A stretch of DNA of 32,000 nt from Kiritimatiella glycovorans (lineage in GTDB: Bacteria; Verrucomicrobiota; Kiritimatiellia; Kiritimatiellales; Kiritimatiellaceae). The position numbers were made by a program, and so were the translations under genes. Under the pieces are notes generated by a model, which saw only the letters and a program-made list of their open reading frames with translations, ran no database searches and was not told the DNA's origin. Positions 1 through 8,607 of the stretch are shown here, piece after piece (position 1 is the stretch's first letter; each line of letters begins with the position of its first letter). The stretch spans positions 2,820,001-2,852,000 of the forward strand of contig NZ_CP010904.1 of assembly GCF_001017655.1 (NCBI RefSeq). Reading direction: 5' to 3'.

Positions 1-256
1 GAGCCCCGGACGCGGAAGAGGAGAGACGACAGACGGTCAGGCCTGCGGTCTCACCCCGTACGCGAGGGAGAGCACCACTACACAGGTTCCCGGAGGTCGT
101 TTTCCGGCTCGCGGGGTCAGTTCTCCCCGCACACGGTTGCGCGACAGCGTCCGATTTTCACGGAACTTGCCGACCTTCCGGCAACCGGGAGACCGTAGGC
201 TTCCGCACGGCAGGTGTCAAGGGGTTCGAATTTTTTTTTTGGACTTACCCCAGTTT

Positions 257-1284
257 TCAGCCGAACCCCGGAAACCACGTTTGCGGGAAGCTTGAGACAG
301 GAGGCGAACGGGGATGCGGGCTGCGCGATGCGCCGATGCGGGAGAGAAGAGCGGCGATGCCATCGGCGAGCGCGTAATAGTGGAACTCTGCGATACCGAA
401 GAAGCGTTTTGAGGCCTTGATGGCATAGGCCGAGAGAACGGCCCGTTTTACCGAGCTGCCCAGCCAGACCGCCGAGAAGTAGATCGCGGCAAGCACGAGC
501 GCCATCATGTTCTGGAGGCGCTGGTACGAGAGGACGCGGACGTCTTCGAGCTTGTAGCTCTGCTTGATAAAGCGGAGGGCGTCTTCTACGAGCCAGCGTG
601 AAATATAGCCCTCAACGATGAACCATATCGACTTGCGGCTCTTCGTCACCTCTTCGGTGGTCAGCAGCATCATGGGCTTCCGGCCAAAGCCTTTGACCAC
701 GATCAGGTAAAGCCAGGGTTTCTTCCCCGGCATCCTGACTCGCCGGAAACCGTACTCGATCTGATAAGTCTTCTCGCCTTCGCGAGTCTCTTTGACGAGC
801 TGATCGCGATAGAGCATGGGGCAACTCTCCGCCAGATCCAGGGCCCGGCTGTTCTTGCCGCGATAGCGCAGATGGCGGCTGCCCGTCAGCCTGATGATAA
901 ATCGCCAATGATTACGGAGAAGGTGGTTATAGATCTTGCAGCGGTCGCCGCCGCGGTCGATCACGTAGATGCCTCGTCTAGAGACCGCCCGGCTGATCAT
1001 GTTGATGATCTCCCGCAACTGGTGGTTCTCGCTGATAAAGTCCGGAGCTTCGGCCGACCACAGGCGATGATGCAGCGGCAGCATGCGGCGCTTGCCCACT
1101 TCACAGGCCACGGCCAGGCAGCTCCAGTACCCGTTGACGATCTGCCCCGTGCTGCCGTCACGCACCCGGCCAAGAAAGGGCATCGCTTCGGCGTAGTTCT
1201 TCCGGATATCACTCGGGTCCAGAATGATCAGCGTGTCTTTGTGTATCTTGCGCGAGGCGGAGGATGCGATCTCTTTGATTTTTT
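257..1284 (-). pseudogene. IS4-family DDE transposase, 5'-truncated and interrupted by an ISL3 element
   Basis: ORF 257..1357 carries the IS4-type Y-x2-R-x3-E-x6-K signature (YISRWLVEDALRFIK) and DRGGD. Codons above 1284 are ISL3 inverted-repeat sequence. After in-silico excision of the ISL3, the frame reaches a TAA about 25 codons upstream with no ATG. Confidence 0.8.
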
Positions 1285-2628
1285 GGTTCTTTCTCGAATT
1301 TTGTGGATGAAAGCGTGAGACATCGCCCCAGATCTGCGCAAATGGTTGTGAACGCAATCATATACAGCAGGAGGAAGCGATGTCTCAGAAGTCATTGTTC
1401 ACAGATTTGCTCGGGATTCAAGGATGGGGCGTAGTCGCCGGTGGAATTCGTATCGAGGAAGATGGCAGTGTGACGGTTCGAATCGATCGACGCAGTGTTG
1501 GTTACAGCTGTGGTCAGTGCGGGGAGGGGCTGTTGTTCACATACGACACGCAGCCACCGCGACGGATCCGGGACTTCCCGATCTGGGGCCGACAGTGCTA
1601 CTTGGAAGTCGAGTTCGTCCGTGTGGATTGCCCTCGTTGCGGCGTGGTCATCGAGGGCTTGGACTGGGTTGAACGGTATGCTCGCCAGACCGTCCGTTAT
1701 GAGAAGTACGTGGCAGGCTTGTGCGATCTGCTGCCAGTCAGCGATGTGGCCGCCCTGGAGGGCCTGAGTAAAGATGCCGTTTACCGAATGGACAAGAAGT
1801 GGCTGCAACGGCGTGATGCCAAGCGAGAGGAGCGCACGGTGCGATATCTGGGGATCGATGAGATCTCGCTGCGCAAGGGGCACCGCTACGCCACGGTTTT
1901 CTATGACTTGGAGCGCAAGGAGGTGATCGGCTTGGTAAAGACACGCAAGGAGCGCGCTGTGGGCGGGTTCTTCCGCTGCTTCGGTCGCAAGCGCTGCAAG
2001 GCTGTCGAGGCCGTGTGCATGGACCTCTGGCAGCCCTTCCTGAACAGCGTCCGACGGCACTGCAAGAACGCCGTCGTTGTCTTCGATAAGTTCCATGTCT
2101 ACAAGTACCTCAGTGATGCCATTGAGGCCGTACGTCGCCACGAGCAGTCCATATGCTCTGACGAAGAGGGCAAGCTGATCAAGGGCACGCGCTGGCTCTG
2201 GCTCAGGGCCTCACGCAACCTGAAGCGCAAACACAAACAGACTCTCGAACAGATCATGGCAATCAACCGACAATTACAGAAAGCGTACCTGCTCAAGGAG
2301 GACTTCGAGGCGTTCTACGCGTGCTCGACACGCGAAGAGGCCGAAGCCTTCCTGAAGGGGTGGATCAAGCGGTGTAAGCAGAGCCGGCTGGAGCCATTCA
2401 TCAAGCTCGCCAAGCGCCTGGTCCGGTGGTCGCACGGCATCTTCTCCTACTTCGAATATCGCATCACCAACGGCGTGGCCGAGGGCATCAACAACAAAAT
2501 CAAAGTACTCAAACGCAGGAGCTATGGCTTCCACGATGAGCACTACTTCTTCCTCAAAATACTCAATGCAACTGGAGCCCTACCCAGCTTCGAGCAACTC
2601 AGTGACCCACAATTATAGCGAAAGAACC
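1285..2628 (+). mobile_element. ISL3-family insertion sequence (1344 bp), nested in the IS4 transposase remnant
   Basis: Imperfect terminal inverted repeats: GGTTCTTTCTCGAATTTTGTGGA at 1285, versus the reverse complement of the right end, GGTTCTTTCGCTATAATTGTGGG, ending at 2628. A perfect 8-bp direct repeat GATTTTTT flanks the element at 1277..1284 and 2629..2636. Confidence 0.85.
1380..2618 (+). CDS. ISL3-family transposase
   Basis: 412-aa ORF with an N-terminal zinc-finger pattern (CGQCG...CPRCG). It has the ISL3 DDE region motifs LGIDEISLRKGHRYATVFYDL and FDKFHV. An AGGAGG-like RBS (caggaggaagcgATG) precedes the start. Confidence 0.95.
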   Translation: MSQKSLFTDLLGIQGWGVVAGGIRIEEDGSVTVRIDRRSVGYSCGQCGEGLLFTYDTQPPRRIRDFPIWGRQCYLEVEFVRVDCPRCGVVIEGLDWVERYARQTVRYEKYVAGLCDLLPVSDVAALEGLSKDAVYRMDKKWLQRRDAKREERTVRYLGIDEISLRKGHRYATVFYDLERKEVIGLVKTRKERAVGGFFRCFGRKRCKAVEAVCMDLWQPFLNSVRRHCKNAVVVFDKFHVYKYLSDAIEAVRRHEQSICSDEEGKLIKGTRWLWLRASRNLKRKHKQTLEQIMAINRQLQKAYLLKEDFEAFYACSTREEAEAFLKGWIKRCKQSRLEPFIKLAKRLVRWSHGIFSYFEYRITNGVAEGINNKIKVLKRRSYGFHDEHYFFLKILNATGALPSFEQLSDPQL

Positions 2629-2761
2629 GATTTTTTTTTGCTGCCCCGGCCAAAACCCAGGGGATCCTGCCCTTTAAATATTTGAATTGGAATGCTTTAG
2701 ATGCATCAATGCCGTTGCGCGCATTCCACTATCCACGACGAAATGCCCTTTCCCGTTGTCA

Positions 2762-2872
2762 ACGATAGCGGGTCTTGAAGATCTGTTCCTGCCGGTAGAG
2801 CGGCAGGTGGTCGCAGAACTTGCCCAGGATGATGTGAACGATCAGGCCGACCGAGGCCATCGAGTTCTCAAC
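2762..2872 (-). pseudogene. IS66-family transposase internal fragment
   Basis: The tail of ORF 2759..3034 reads VGLIVHIILGKFCDHLPLYRQEQIFKTRY, which matches the conserved IS66 TnpC motif (K[YF]xDHLPLYRQ). Only about 35 codons remain. Confidence 0.6.
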
Positions 2873-3104
2873 CAGCCGTTTGGGTGCCGGGGCGCTCTTC
2901 CGCTGCGGCCTGCTTGAGACGCTGTCCGCGCATCTTGTTGCTGTACCATCCGTAGTAGCGGACGAGTTGGAAGTTTTTGTCGGGGATGTGCTGGGTGATG
3001 GCGGCGATAAAGTCGCAGGGGGTGAAAACCTCAAAGTTGCGTCGAATCTTGGGGTTCATGCCGGAGCGGTAGATGATCGTTCCGGTCGCCAGGTCAGGAT
3101 GCAT
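2871..3104 (-). pseudogene. IS91-family (Y2/rolling-circle) transposase fragment
   Basis: The ORF 2868..3206 segment MHPDLATGTIIYRSGMNPKIRRNFEVFTPCDFIAAITQHIPDKNFQLVRYYGWYSNKMRG is typical of the IS91 Y2_Tnp C-terminal half. It is homologous to the remnant at 15379..16100. It abuts the stop codon of the upstream hydrolase gene. Confidence 0.65.
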
Positions 3105-5464
3105 TAATCGAATTGGAGGGGATTCATTTTCCAGCTGTGAACTTTGATTTCCTTCATTGAACCGGCCTCGACCGTGAAATCGCCGACTTCGTCCGTTCGA
3201 AACCAAGCGCTCAGCACATCGCCTTCAGGAGTGTAAATTTCTATCATCGAACGATCCAAATAAAGCGTAAAGCTGACTTCTTCTTTATCATTCAAGCGAA
3301 GCGGAACGCTGTAGGGTTGGTTGTCGGGACTTGCCGCCGAAGATCTGTTCTGAGTAAGTATTAATCGTTCTTTATGAGCACTGTAGCTCAACGTGAATTC
3401 GTCGGATCCTTTGGCAAACTTCAAACGGCTGTTCCCCGATTCGCCGGGAGTTACGGAAATGCGATTTTCGGATGTGTCCGAAACAGTGCCCAAGTGCTTG
3501 AAGCCATCGATTTTATGCTCCCGAAAAGACTTCCCGGGCTCTGAAGTATTACGTAGTTCTTCCAGCTCCCTGGCCGGAAGAAAAGCCAAAGTGTAATCAT
3601 CCCTTATTCTAATTTCCCTGGGTAGAGAGTAAGTGGAAAACCAACCCTTGCGTAATGCTTCCCAGTTGTTTCCGTGTCGTCCTTGATACTGCCACACGAC
3701 GGTTCTTCCGGTATCATCCGTAAATCCGTGCCACATGTTGTAAGGACGATAACGCGGATTAGAGTTATAACCGTAGTCGGAGATGCCGCTCCCAAGCAAT
3801 TCAAACGATTCGTTTTCAAATCTTCCAACGATATAGTCGTGCCCGTTAGCTGCCGAGTCCTGAACGAGCGCTTTGTTTGTCGACATGACGAGCAAATCGT
3901 TTTGAATAAAGGCTACGAGACATTCTTGCACTCCGACTCCAACCTCCGCCTCGAAAAGCAATTTAACATAAGTCCAATCAATTCCATTCTCGGATCGATA
4001 AAGATGGATATTCGATGACTCGCGCTCTGTGGAAACACCGGACGCAACCATATACCACCGATCATTTTTCTGAAAGACAGCAGGGTCGTTCCTTTGCTGA
4101 ATAACCGGGGCATTTCCACGCAATTTCGGACGATTCTGCACCTCCCACTCATCCAACGAATCGTCTTTCGCGACCGCATACCCGACTCCCGGTCCTGCAT
4201 CCCCTGCAACAACGGATGGGGTCCCGTATCGATCAATGTAAAACGCTCCGTTTGCATCAAAACGTTCAGGCATCAAAGGGGTATGCACTTTCCACTTCAA
4301 CAAATCGTCACTGCTTAGGTGAGCCCAGAACAGTTGCTCCAAGTCTAGATTGCGCGCTCCCCCCATGCTAACGACGGGAAACAGGTGCCAACGATCATTG
4401 AAGTAAAATCCATGCGTGTTGTATTGGAAACCTGGCAGAGTAAGATGATAGGTTGGATACATCGCCCTATCCGTTTCTCGCAGTTGCTTAACGTACTGTG
4501 CGGTATTCCTTTTGATCCACTCGAAGCGCTCCTTGCGGGGCATTTCTTTTGGGAAAAAGGCATTGCCCACTTCTTGATTCCAACCATTCAACGGCCCTTC
4601 CGCAGGGAGGTTTGTATCAACATGGCCTACTTTGAAAAGTCTAGCGATTTCACGATTATCCAGAGCACGATCCCAAAGGGCAACATGATCCACAAGGCCT
4701 CTGAAACGCTGCCCTTCAAAGTCAACACCCAGTGTTAAACGATTGTTTCTGTCGTAAGCACCCGGAGGGGGACCGCGATAACAGCGGCGTGAAATCAATC
4801 GTCCATTCACAAAAACCTCCGTCCAGCCAGTGAAGCCAGCCCAAACAGCCGTATCCGGTTTGCCCTCGGATCGTGGCTGCCAGCGGACACAAATATCCAT
4901 CCAATCCCCGGTTTCCAAGTCGAGCGGCGCATGGACTGGCCGATGAACCGAACCAAGACGGGCGAAAACACCCAGATTGCCCCGTTCTCCCCAATCGATA
5001 TGAAAAGCAGACACCATGATATCCAAGCCTTTCGTGGCCAGACTCATCAGCCCCCCGTCTAGAAAGCCATCGGCGGCTCTCACTCGCACGAACAGCGTGG
5101 CCTCCTCCCAGGGCTCATCGATTTGCAAGGGGAGCGCATAAATACCCTTTGACAAGTCAACCGCCTTTCCATCTCCACCGGCTTGGATGGAAGCAACGTA
5201 ATCGACGCCCTTCAACTCAACGACTCGAGTGTCGTCTGCGTCCCCCGAAACGGAACTCCGGGCATCCGAAAAATCAAAAAAGAATGTGGCCTTTTCCAAA
5301 TCGTTATGAACCTCGTTCGAGTGCCCTTTAGGCGTTTGGCTACCCGCTCCGGCTGTCGTGGCGTTAAAGCTGTCTTCGAAGACCTGCGCGCCGGCCGGGG
5401 AGGCGCCGAGGAGCGCCGCCAGACAGGCGGTGAGGGCGAGGGGGAATTTGAATTTCTTTTGCAT
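3104..5464 (-). CDS. Secreted LamG-domain / GH32-like beta-propeller glycoside hydrolase family protein
   Basis: ORF 3104..5542, with the start moved to ATG 5464, which begins a signal peptide (MQKKFKFPLALTACLAALLGASPAGA). The N-half is LamG/Laminin_G_3-like (LVDHVALWDRALDNREIARLF). The C-half has GH32-like landmarks (YHLTLPGFQYNTHGFYFNDRWHLF, RNDP, QEC) and a C-terminal beta-sandwich. GC content is visibly lower than in neighbouring genes. Confidence 0.8.
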   Translation of the reverse strand: MQKKFKFPLALTACLAALLGASPAGAQVFEDSFNATTAGAGSQTPKGHSNEVHNDLEKATFFFDFSDARSSVSGDADDTRVVELKGVDYVASIQAGGDGKAVDLSKGIYALPLQIDEPWEEATLFVRVRAADGFLDGGLMSLATKGLDIMVSAFHIDWGERGNLGVFARLGSVHRPVHAPLDLETGDWMDICVRWQPRSEGKPDTAVWAGFTGWTEVFVNGRLISRRCYRGPPPGAYDRNNRLTLGVDFEGQRFRGLVDHVALWDRALDNREIARLFKVGHVDTNLPAEGPLNGWNQEVGNAFFPKEMPRKERFEWIKRNTAQYVKQLRETDRAMYPTYHLTLPGFQYNTHGFYFNDRWHLFPVVSMGGARNLDLEQLFWAHLSSDDLLKWKVHTPLMPERFDANGAFYIDRYGTPSVVAGDAGPGVGYAVAKDDSLDEWEVQNRPKLRGNAPVIQQRNDPAVFQKNDRWYMVASGVSTERESSNIHLYRSENGIDWTYVKLLFEAEVGVGVQECLVAFIQNDLLVMSTNKALVQDSAANGHDYIVGRFENESFELLGSGISDYGYNSNPRYRPYNMWHGFTDDTGRTVVWQYQGRHGNNWEALRKGWFSTYSLPREIRIRDDYTLAFLPARELEELRNTSEPGKSFREHKIDGFKHLGTVSDTSENRISVTPGESGNSRLKFAKGSDEFTLSYSAHKERLILTQNRSSAASPDNQPYSVPLRLNDKEEVSFTLYLDRSMIEIYTPEGDVLSAWFRTDEVGDFTVEAGSMKEIKVHSWKMNPLQFD

Positions 5465-5518
5465 GATACTGCTGGGTCGCAGATCGGTTTGAGGATTTCG
5501 ATACGGAGGATGATTTTT

Positions 5519-5548
5519 TGGATCAGAACCAATGGAAGTCAACCAGAA
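5519..5548 (-). promoter_or_regulatory. Conserved promoter-like box (copy 1 of 3) upstream of a secreted-protein gene
   Basis: The minus strand reads TTCTGGTTGACTTCCATTGGTTCTGATCCA and contains TTGACT. Near-identical boxes occur at 24413..24442 and 27547..27576. In all three, TTGACT lies 73-75 nt upstream of the ATG. Confidence 0.4.
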
Positions 5549-6004
5549 AAGTTATTCAGGCGCTCCCCGCTCCCGTCCGCCACGCCCGGGGAATCCGGCT
5601 TCACTTCGGCAGGAGCTGTCCCTGGTTCGATCTCATCGAAGATATCGCACGGGCGCGAATGCCGGGCTGAATCCCCGCACCTAAGAGGAAACAACGGTAA
5701 CCGACAGGCAATCGGAGGATACACCGTGCCGCCTTCAGAAAAATAACGCCTGTTTCGGCGGTCAACCGCCGTTTTGACCGTCCGATTCAGGCGAACCCGC
5801 AAGCCCGAAGCATGAAAAGTCGGAAGGCAGACCCTCGTGAAGACTCTGGAATCCAAACATCAGGGGTTGCCCAGCACCGCACAGATTATCTCACGGATTC
5901 AGGAAATCTTTAGATTTTGCGTTTGACCCCTGCGCCCTTCGTCCGACGCGGTTTTAGGTTTCTGATCACCCGCCGACCTCGACCCCGGAGCGGTAGCGGG
6001 TTGG

Positions 6005-6474
6005 TCAGTGCCTACTTGTTCTGCCCGCTATCGTTTCGTGCTGTGCGTTCGGCCTGCCATAGATCCCAAACTCTCTAATTAATATTGCCGCTGCCCGATT
6101 CTCGCTTTCGATCCGGAATCGGAGTTTTGCATTGGCAGAAAAGGCGGCTCCGGTCCGATCCAACCGGATGAATCCGTAGTCGGTCGAATGATTGCGGAAG
6201 TCGCCTGGGCGGGGCTTGGATCCATGTTCGAGCCTTAGCAGTTCCGTCCACTTTCCCGCTTCCGAAAAATCCACAATCAATTGATCGCCGTCGCTGCAAC
6301 CGTAGGCCAGGAAGCGGAAGGCGATTTTCACTTGTTCGAAGCCGGATAGGTCGAGCTGAGGCAGGGTTACTTCGTCGTCCTTGCCCGATGTGAGTCGAAG
6401 CGCCTCTTTGTCGCAATCGTATCCTTCGCCGCCTCGCGCGGACACGAATTGACCCGGGCCGTCCGAGAAAGTTT
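6005..6474 (-). pseudogene. C-terminal fragment (beta-sandwich-like domain) of the IS-disrupted multi-hydrolase gene
   Basis: ORF 6005..6535; its first 20 codons are ISL3 end sequence. From ...TFSDGPGQFV onward it continues in frame from 7898..8607 once the ISL3 and one TSD copy are removed. Confidence 0.8.
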
Positions 6475-7897
6475 GGCTATTTCCGAATCTCTCAACGGGG
6501 TGATTTCGATTTGATGTCGATGGATACTGGTTCATCGGGCTGTCCTATACTGTGCGGAAACGGGTTGGGATTTGCGCAGGGATATCTACGTCTCCGACTG
6601 TGAGGAATATCATGTCAGTGAAGGCATCGAGCGTGCGGAATCCGCTGGCGCGGTTCTTGACGATTTTGACGATGCGGTTGAGCCCCTCGGCTATGGCATT
6701 GGTGAGCCGTGAGTTAACGAAAGCGAGGACGCCGAAGTAGTGCTGGCGCAGCGTGGTGACGAACTTGCGCAGAGGTTCCAGACGGCTTCGAAGGGCGGAG
6801 GTCGTCCAGCTCTTGAGGAAGCGTTCGGCAGCCCAGGGTGCCTTGTATTCCCAGAACTGCTCGAACTCGTCCTTCAGCCGCCATGCTCTATAGATGCGGT
6901 TGTTGGCCTTCTCAAGTGCCCGAAGGGTCTGGGTGTCGTCTTTGGATCGCGTTGAGGAGTGACGGTAGAGAAGCCAGCGCAGTCCCTTCAGAGCCTTGCG
7001 CTCGTCACCGCCGGCCAGCCGCCACTGCTCCTTACGCACACCGTCGACGGCCGTGTTGAGGGCTTTGACGATATGGAAACGGTCCAGGACAAGCGTGGCA
7101 TTCGGACAGTGCGCCTTGATGGCCCCCATGAAGGCATCACTCATGTCGCAGCATGCCCACCGGATCTGTTTCTTCTGGTAGTCGCTGAGCACTTCATGGA
7201 AGAAAACATCAATGGTTTCGCGCTTCTTGCCCCTCCCGACCCACACCACACACGAGCGGTCCAGGTCGTAAACCAGTGTGGCGTACTTGTGGCCTTTGGC
7301 GTAGGAGATCTCATCGATGCCGATGGTCTTCAGCCCTCGAATCCGGTGACCGTCGCGGATACGGGTAATCGTCCGGTGGAGCACATCGGAGAGCGTGGAA
7401 CGGGGGATACGCAGCAACTGGGCCGCCGCCTTCTGCGTCATGATCTGGCAGTACTTCAGCATCACGTACTCGAAGCGATAGGTGACACGCGCGAACCGCC
7501 CCGCCCAGGGGATCGCTTCAACCACCCGTCCGTGGGTCGGACACCAGATCTCCCGGGGGCAGTGTTGAAGCCATACGGTCCACCCGCAGACGGGGATGTC
7601 CCGCCACCGCCGCGGCTCGGGCATCACCCGAACAATGGTTCCGCGGCGGCCGCACTCCGGACACCGGCACCCGTTCTTGTGTGGCGTCACCGTCACCACG
7701 AAGTTGCTCCTCCCCTCGAAACCGAAGCCCACTACGCGCAGCCCCTTGAATCTCAACAGCTTCGCGACTACTCTGTTCCCGGTCATAGGTCGTGCTCCTT
7801 TCCTGCTGGTCGTCTTCGAACAACAACCAACAGTATGGACCGACCTATGGCCGTGTCACCTCCCTAAAGAAAGCCGTTGAGAGATTCGGATTGAGCC
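6475..7897 (-). mobile_element. ISL3-family insertion sequence (1423 bp), a different IS from the one at 1285..2628
   Basis: Terminal inverted repeats are GGCTATTTCCGAATCTCTCAACGG at 6475 and the reverse complement of the right end, GGCTCAATCCGAATCTCTCAACGG, ending at 7897. These share a 17-bp perfect core. A perfect 8-bp TSD GAAAGTTT lies at 6467..6474 and 7898..7905. Confidence 0.9.
6545..7786 (-). CDS. ISL3-family transposase
   Basis: 413-aa ORF with a zinc-finger pattern (CRCPECG...CPTHG). It has the motifs IGIDEISYAKGHKYATLVYDL and LDRFHIVK, and the same architecture as the 1380..2618 product. Confidence 0.95.
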   Translation of the reverse strand: MTGNRVVAKLLRFKGLRVVGFGFEGRSNFVVTVTPHKNGCRCPECGRRGTIVRVMPEPRRWRDIPVCGWTVWLQHCPREIWCPTHGRVVEAIPWAGRFARVTYRFEYVMLKYCQIMTQKAAAQLLRIPRSTLSDVLHRTITRIRDGHRIRGLKTIGIDEISYAKGHKYATLVYDLDRSCVVWVGRGKKRETIDVFFHEVLSDYQKKQIRWACCDMSDAFMGAIKAHCPNATLVLDRFHIVKALNTAVDGVRKEQWRLAGGDERKALKGLRWLLYRHSSTRSKDDTQTLRALEKANNRIYRAWRLKDEFEQFWEYKAPWAAERFLKSWTTSALRSRLEPLRKFVTTLRQHYFGVLAFVNSRLTNAIAEGLNRIVKIVKNRASGFRTLDAFTDMIFLTVGDVDIPAQIPTRFRTV

Positions 7898-8607
7898 GAA
7901 AGTTTCTCTATAGATTTCTTCAAAGGCATTCGAACAATAGATATCGTCAAGGAAGCGAATGATCACTTGAGACGTGGATACGGGATCATCTTCGGGAGAA
8001 TAGTGTCCGGTCTGCAGTTGAGGGTTCTCTTGTCCGAACGCCCCGGAGATGCTCGAAATGTATTCGTCCCGCCGGTTTCGCGAGTCCGGCATGTCCATGC
8101 TCTCCCAGATGACCAGATAGGGCTTGTCATAGGAGGAAGTCAGAAAATCCCAGGCTTTCTGATTGGCGATAGCTTCCGGCCGGGTGGCGTCTTCAGGGAC
8201 CATTTCAGGAAATGCGCGAATCGAAGCCTGATAGTCACCCGTTGGATAAGGAGCGTCGTAGCCGGCTTCCTCGGCTTCCGTGCCGGGGGGCAAGCCCATG
8301 TTCTGCCGGGCGTCGTTGCGGAAGACCACCGCGCCGATAGGAACCTTGGGAACCGAACGGACAAAACTTCTCCAGCGATCATGGCGCTTTGCAATTCCCC
8401 ATCGCCCCCGGTTCAATCCCGCATTCCCATTGATGAATCCATCGAAACGATCCGGGTAATGCTCCGCCATCAAACGGGCGCCAAGGGGATGACCGTAGTC
8501 GTGGCCGAAAAGCGTCACTCCATCCAGATTCAAATCAGGGTCGTTGTCCAATTGGGAAAACGCCTGATAGAGCCATTCGAGATGTCGGTCATAAGTATAA
8601 TCCGATT
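7898..8607 (-). pseudogene. Middle fragment (C-terminal two-thirds of a haloalkane-dehalogenase-like alpha/beta hydrolase domain) of the IS-disrupted gene
   Basis: This is part of ORF 7856..8995. It reads ESDYTYDRHLEWLYQAF...VTLFGHDYGHPLG (GHDxG nucleophile elbow)...HYSPEDDP. Sequence upstream of 8607 is IS4-derived, and the last 13 codons plus the stop are ISL3-derived. Confidence 0.8.

Noticed and set aside
200-256. A tRNA/tmRNA-like T-arm sequence, GGGGTTCGAA, at ~222..231 followed by T10. It might be a tRNA gene truncated by IS insertion.
   Set aside because: The complementary T-stem strand and acceptor 3' end are absent. I could not fold an anticodon or D arm from the upstream sequence. 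No tag-peptide-like frame is visible in 1..220.
5183-5856. ORFs 5183..5746 (+) and 5539..5856 (-) in the region upstream of the GH32-like gene.
   Set aside because: They overlap the signal-peptide and promoter region of a supported gene. They have low-complexity, Arg-rich translations and no start context or motifs.
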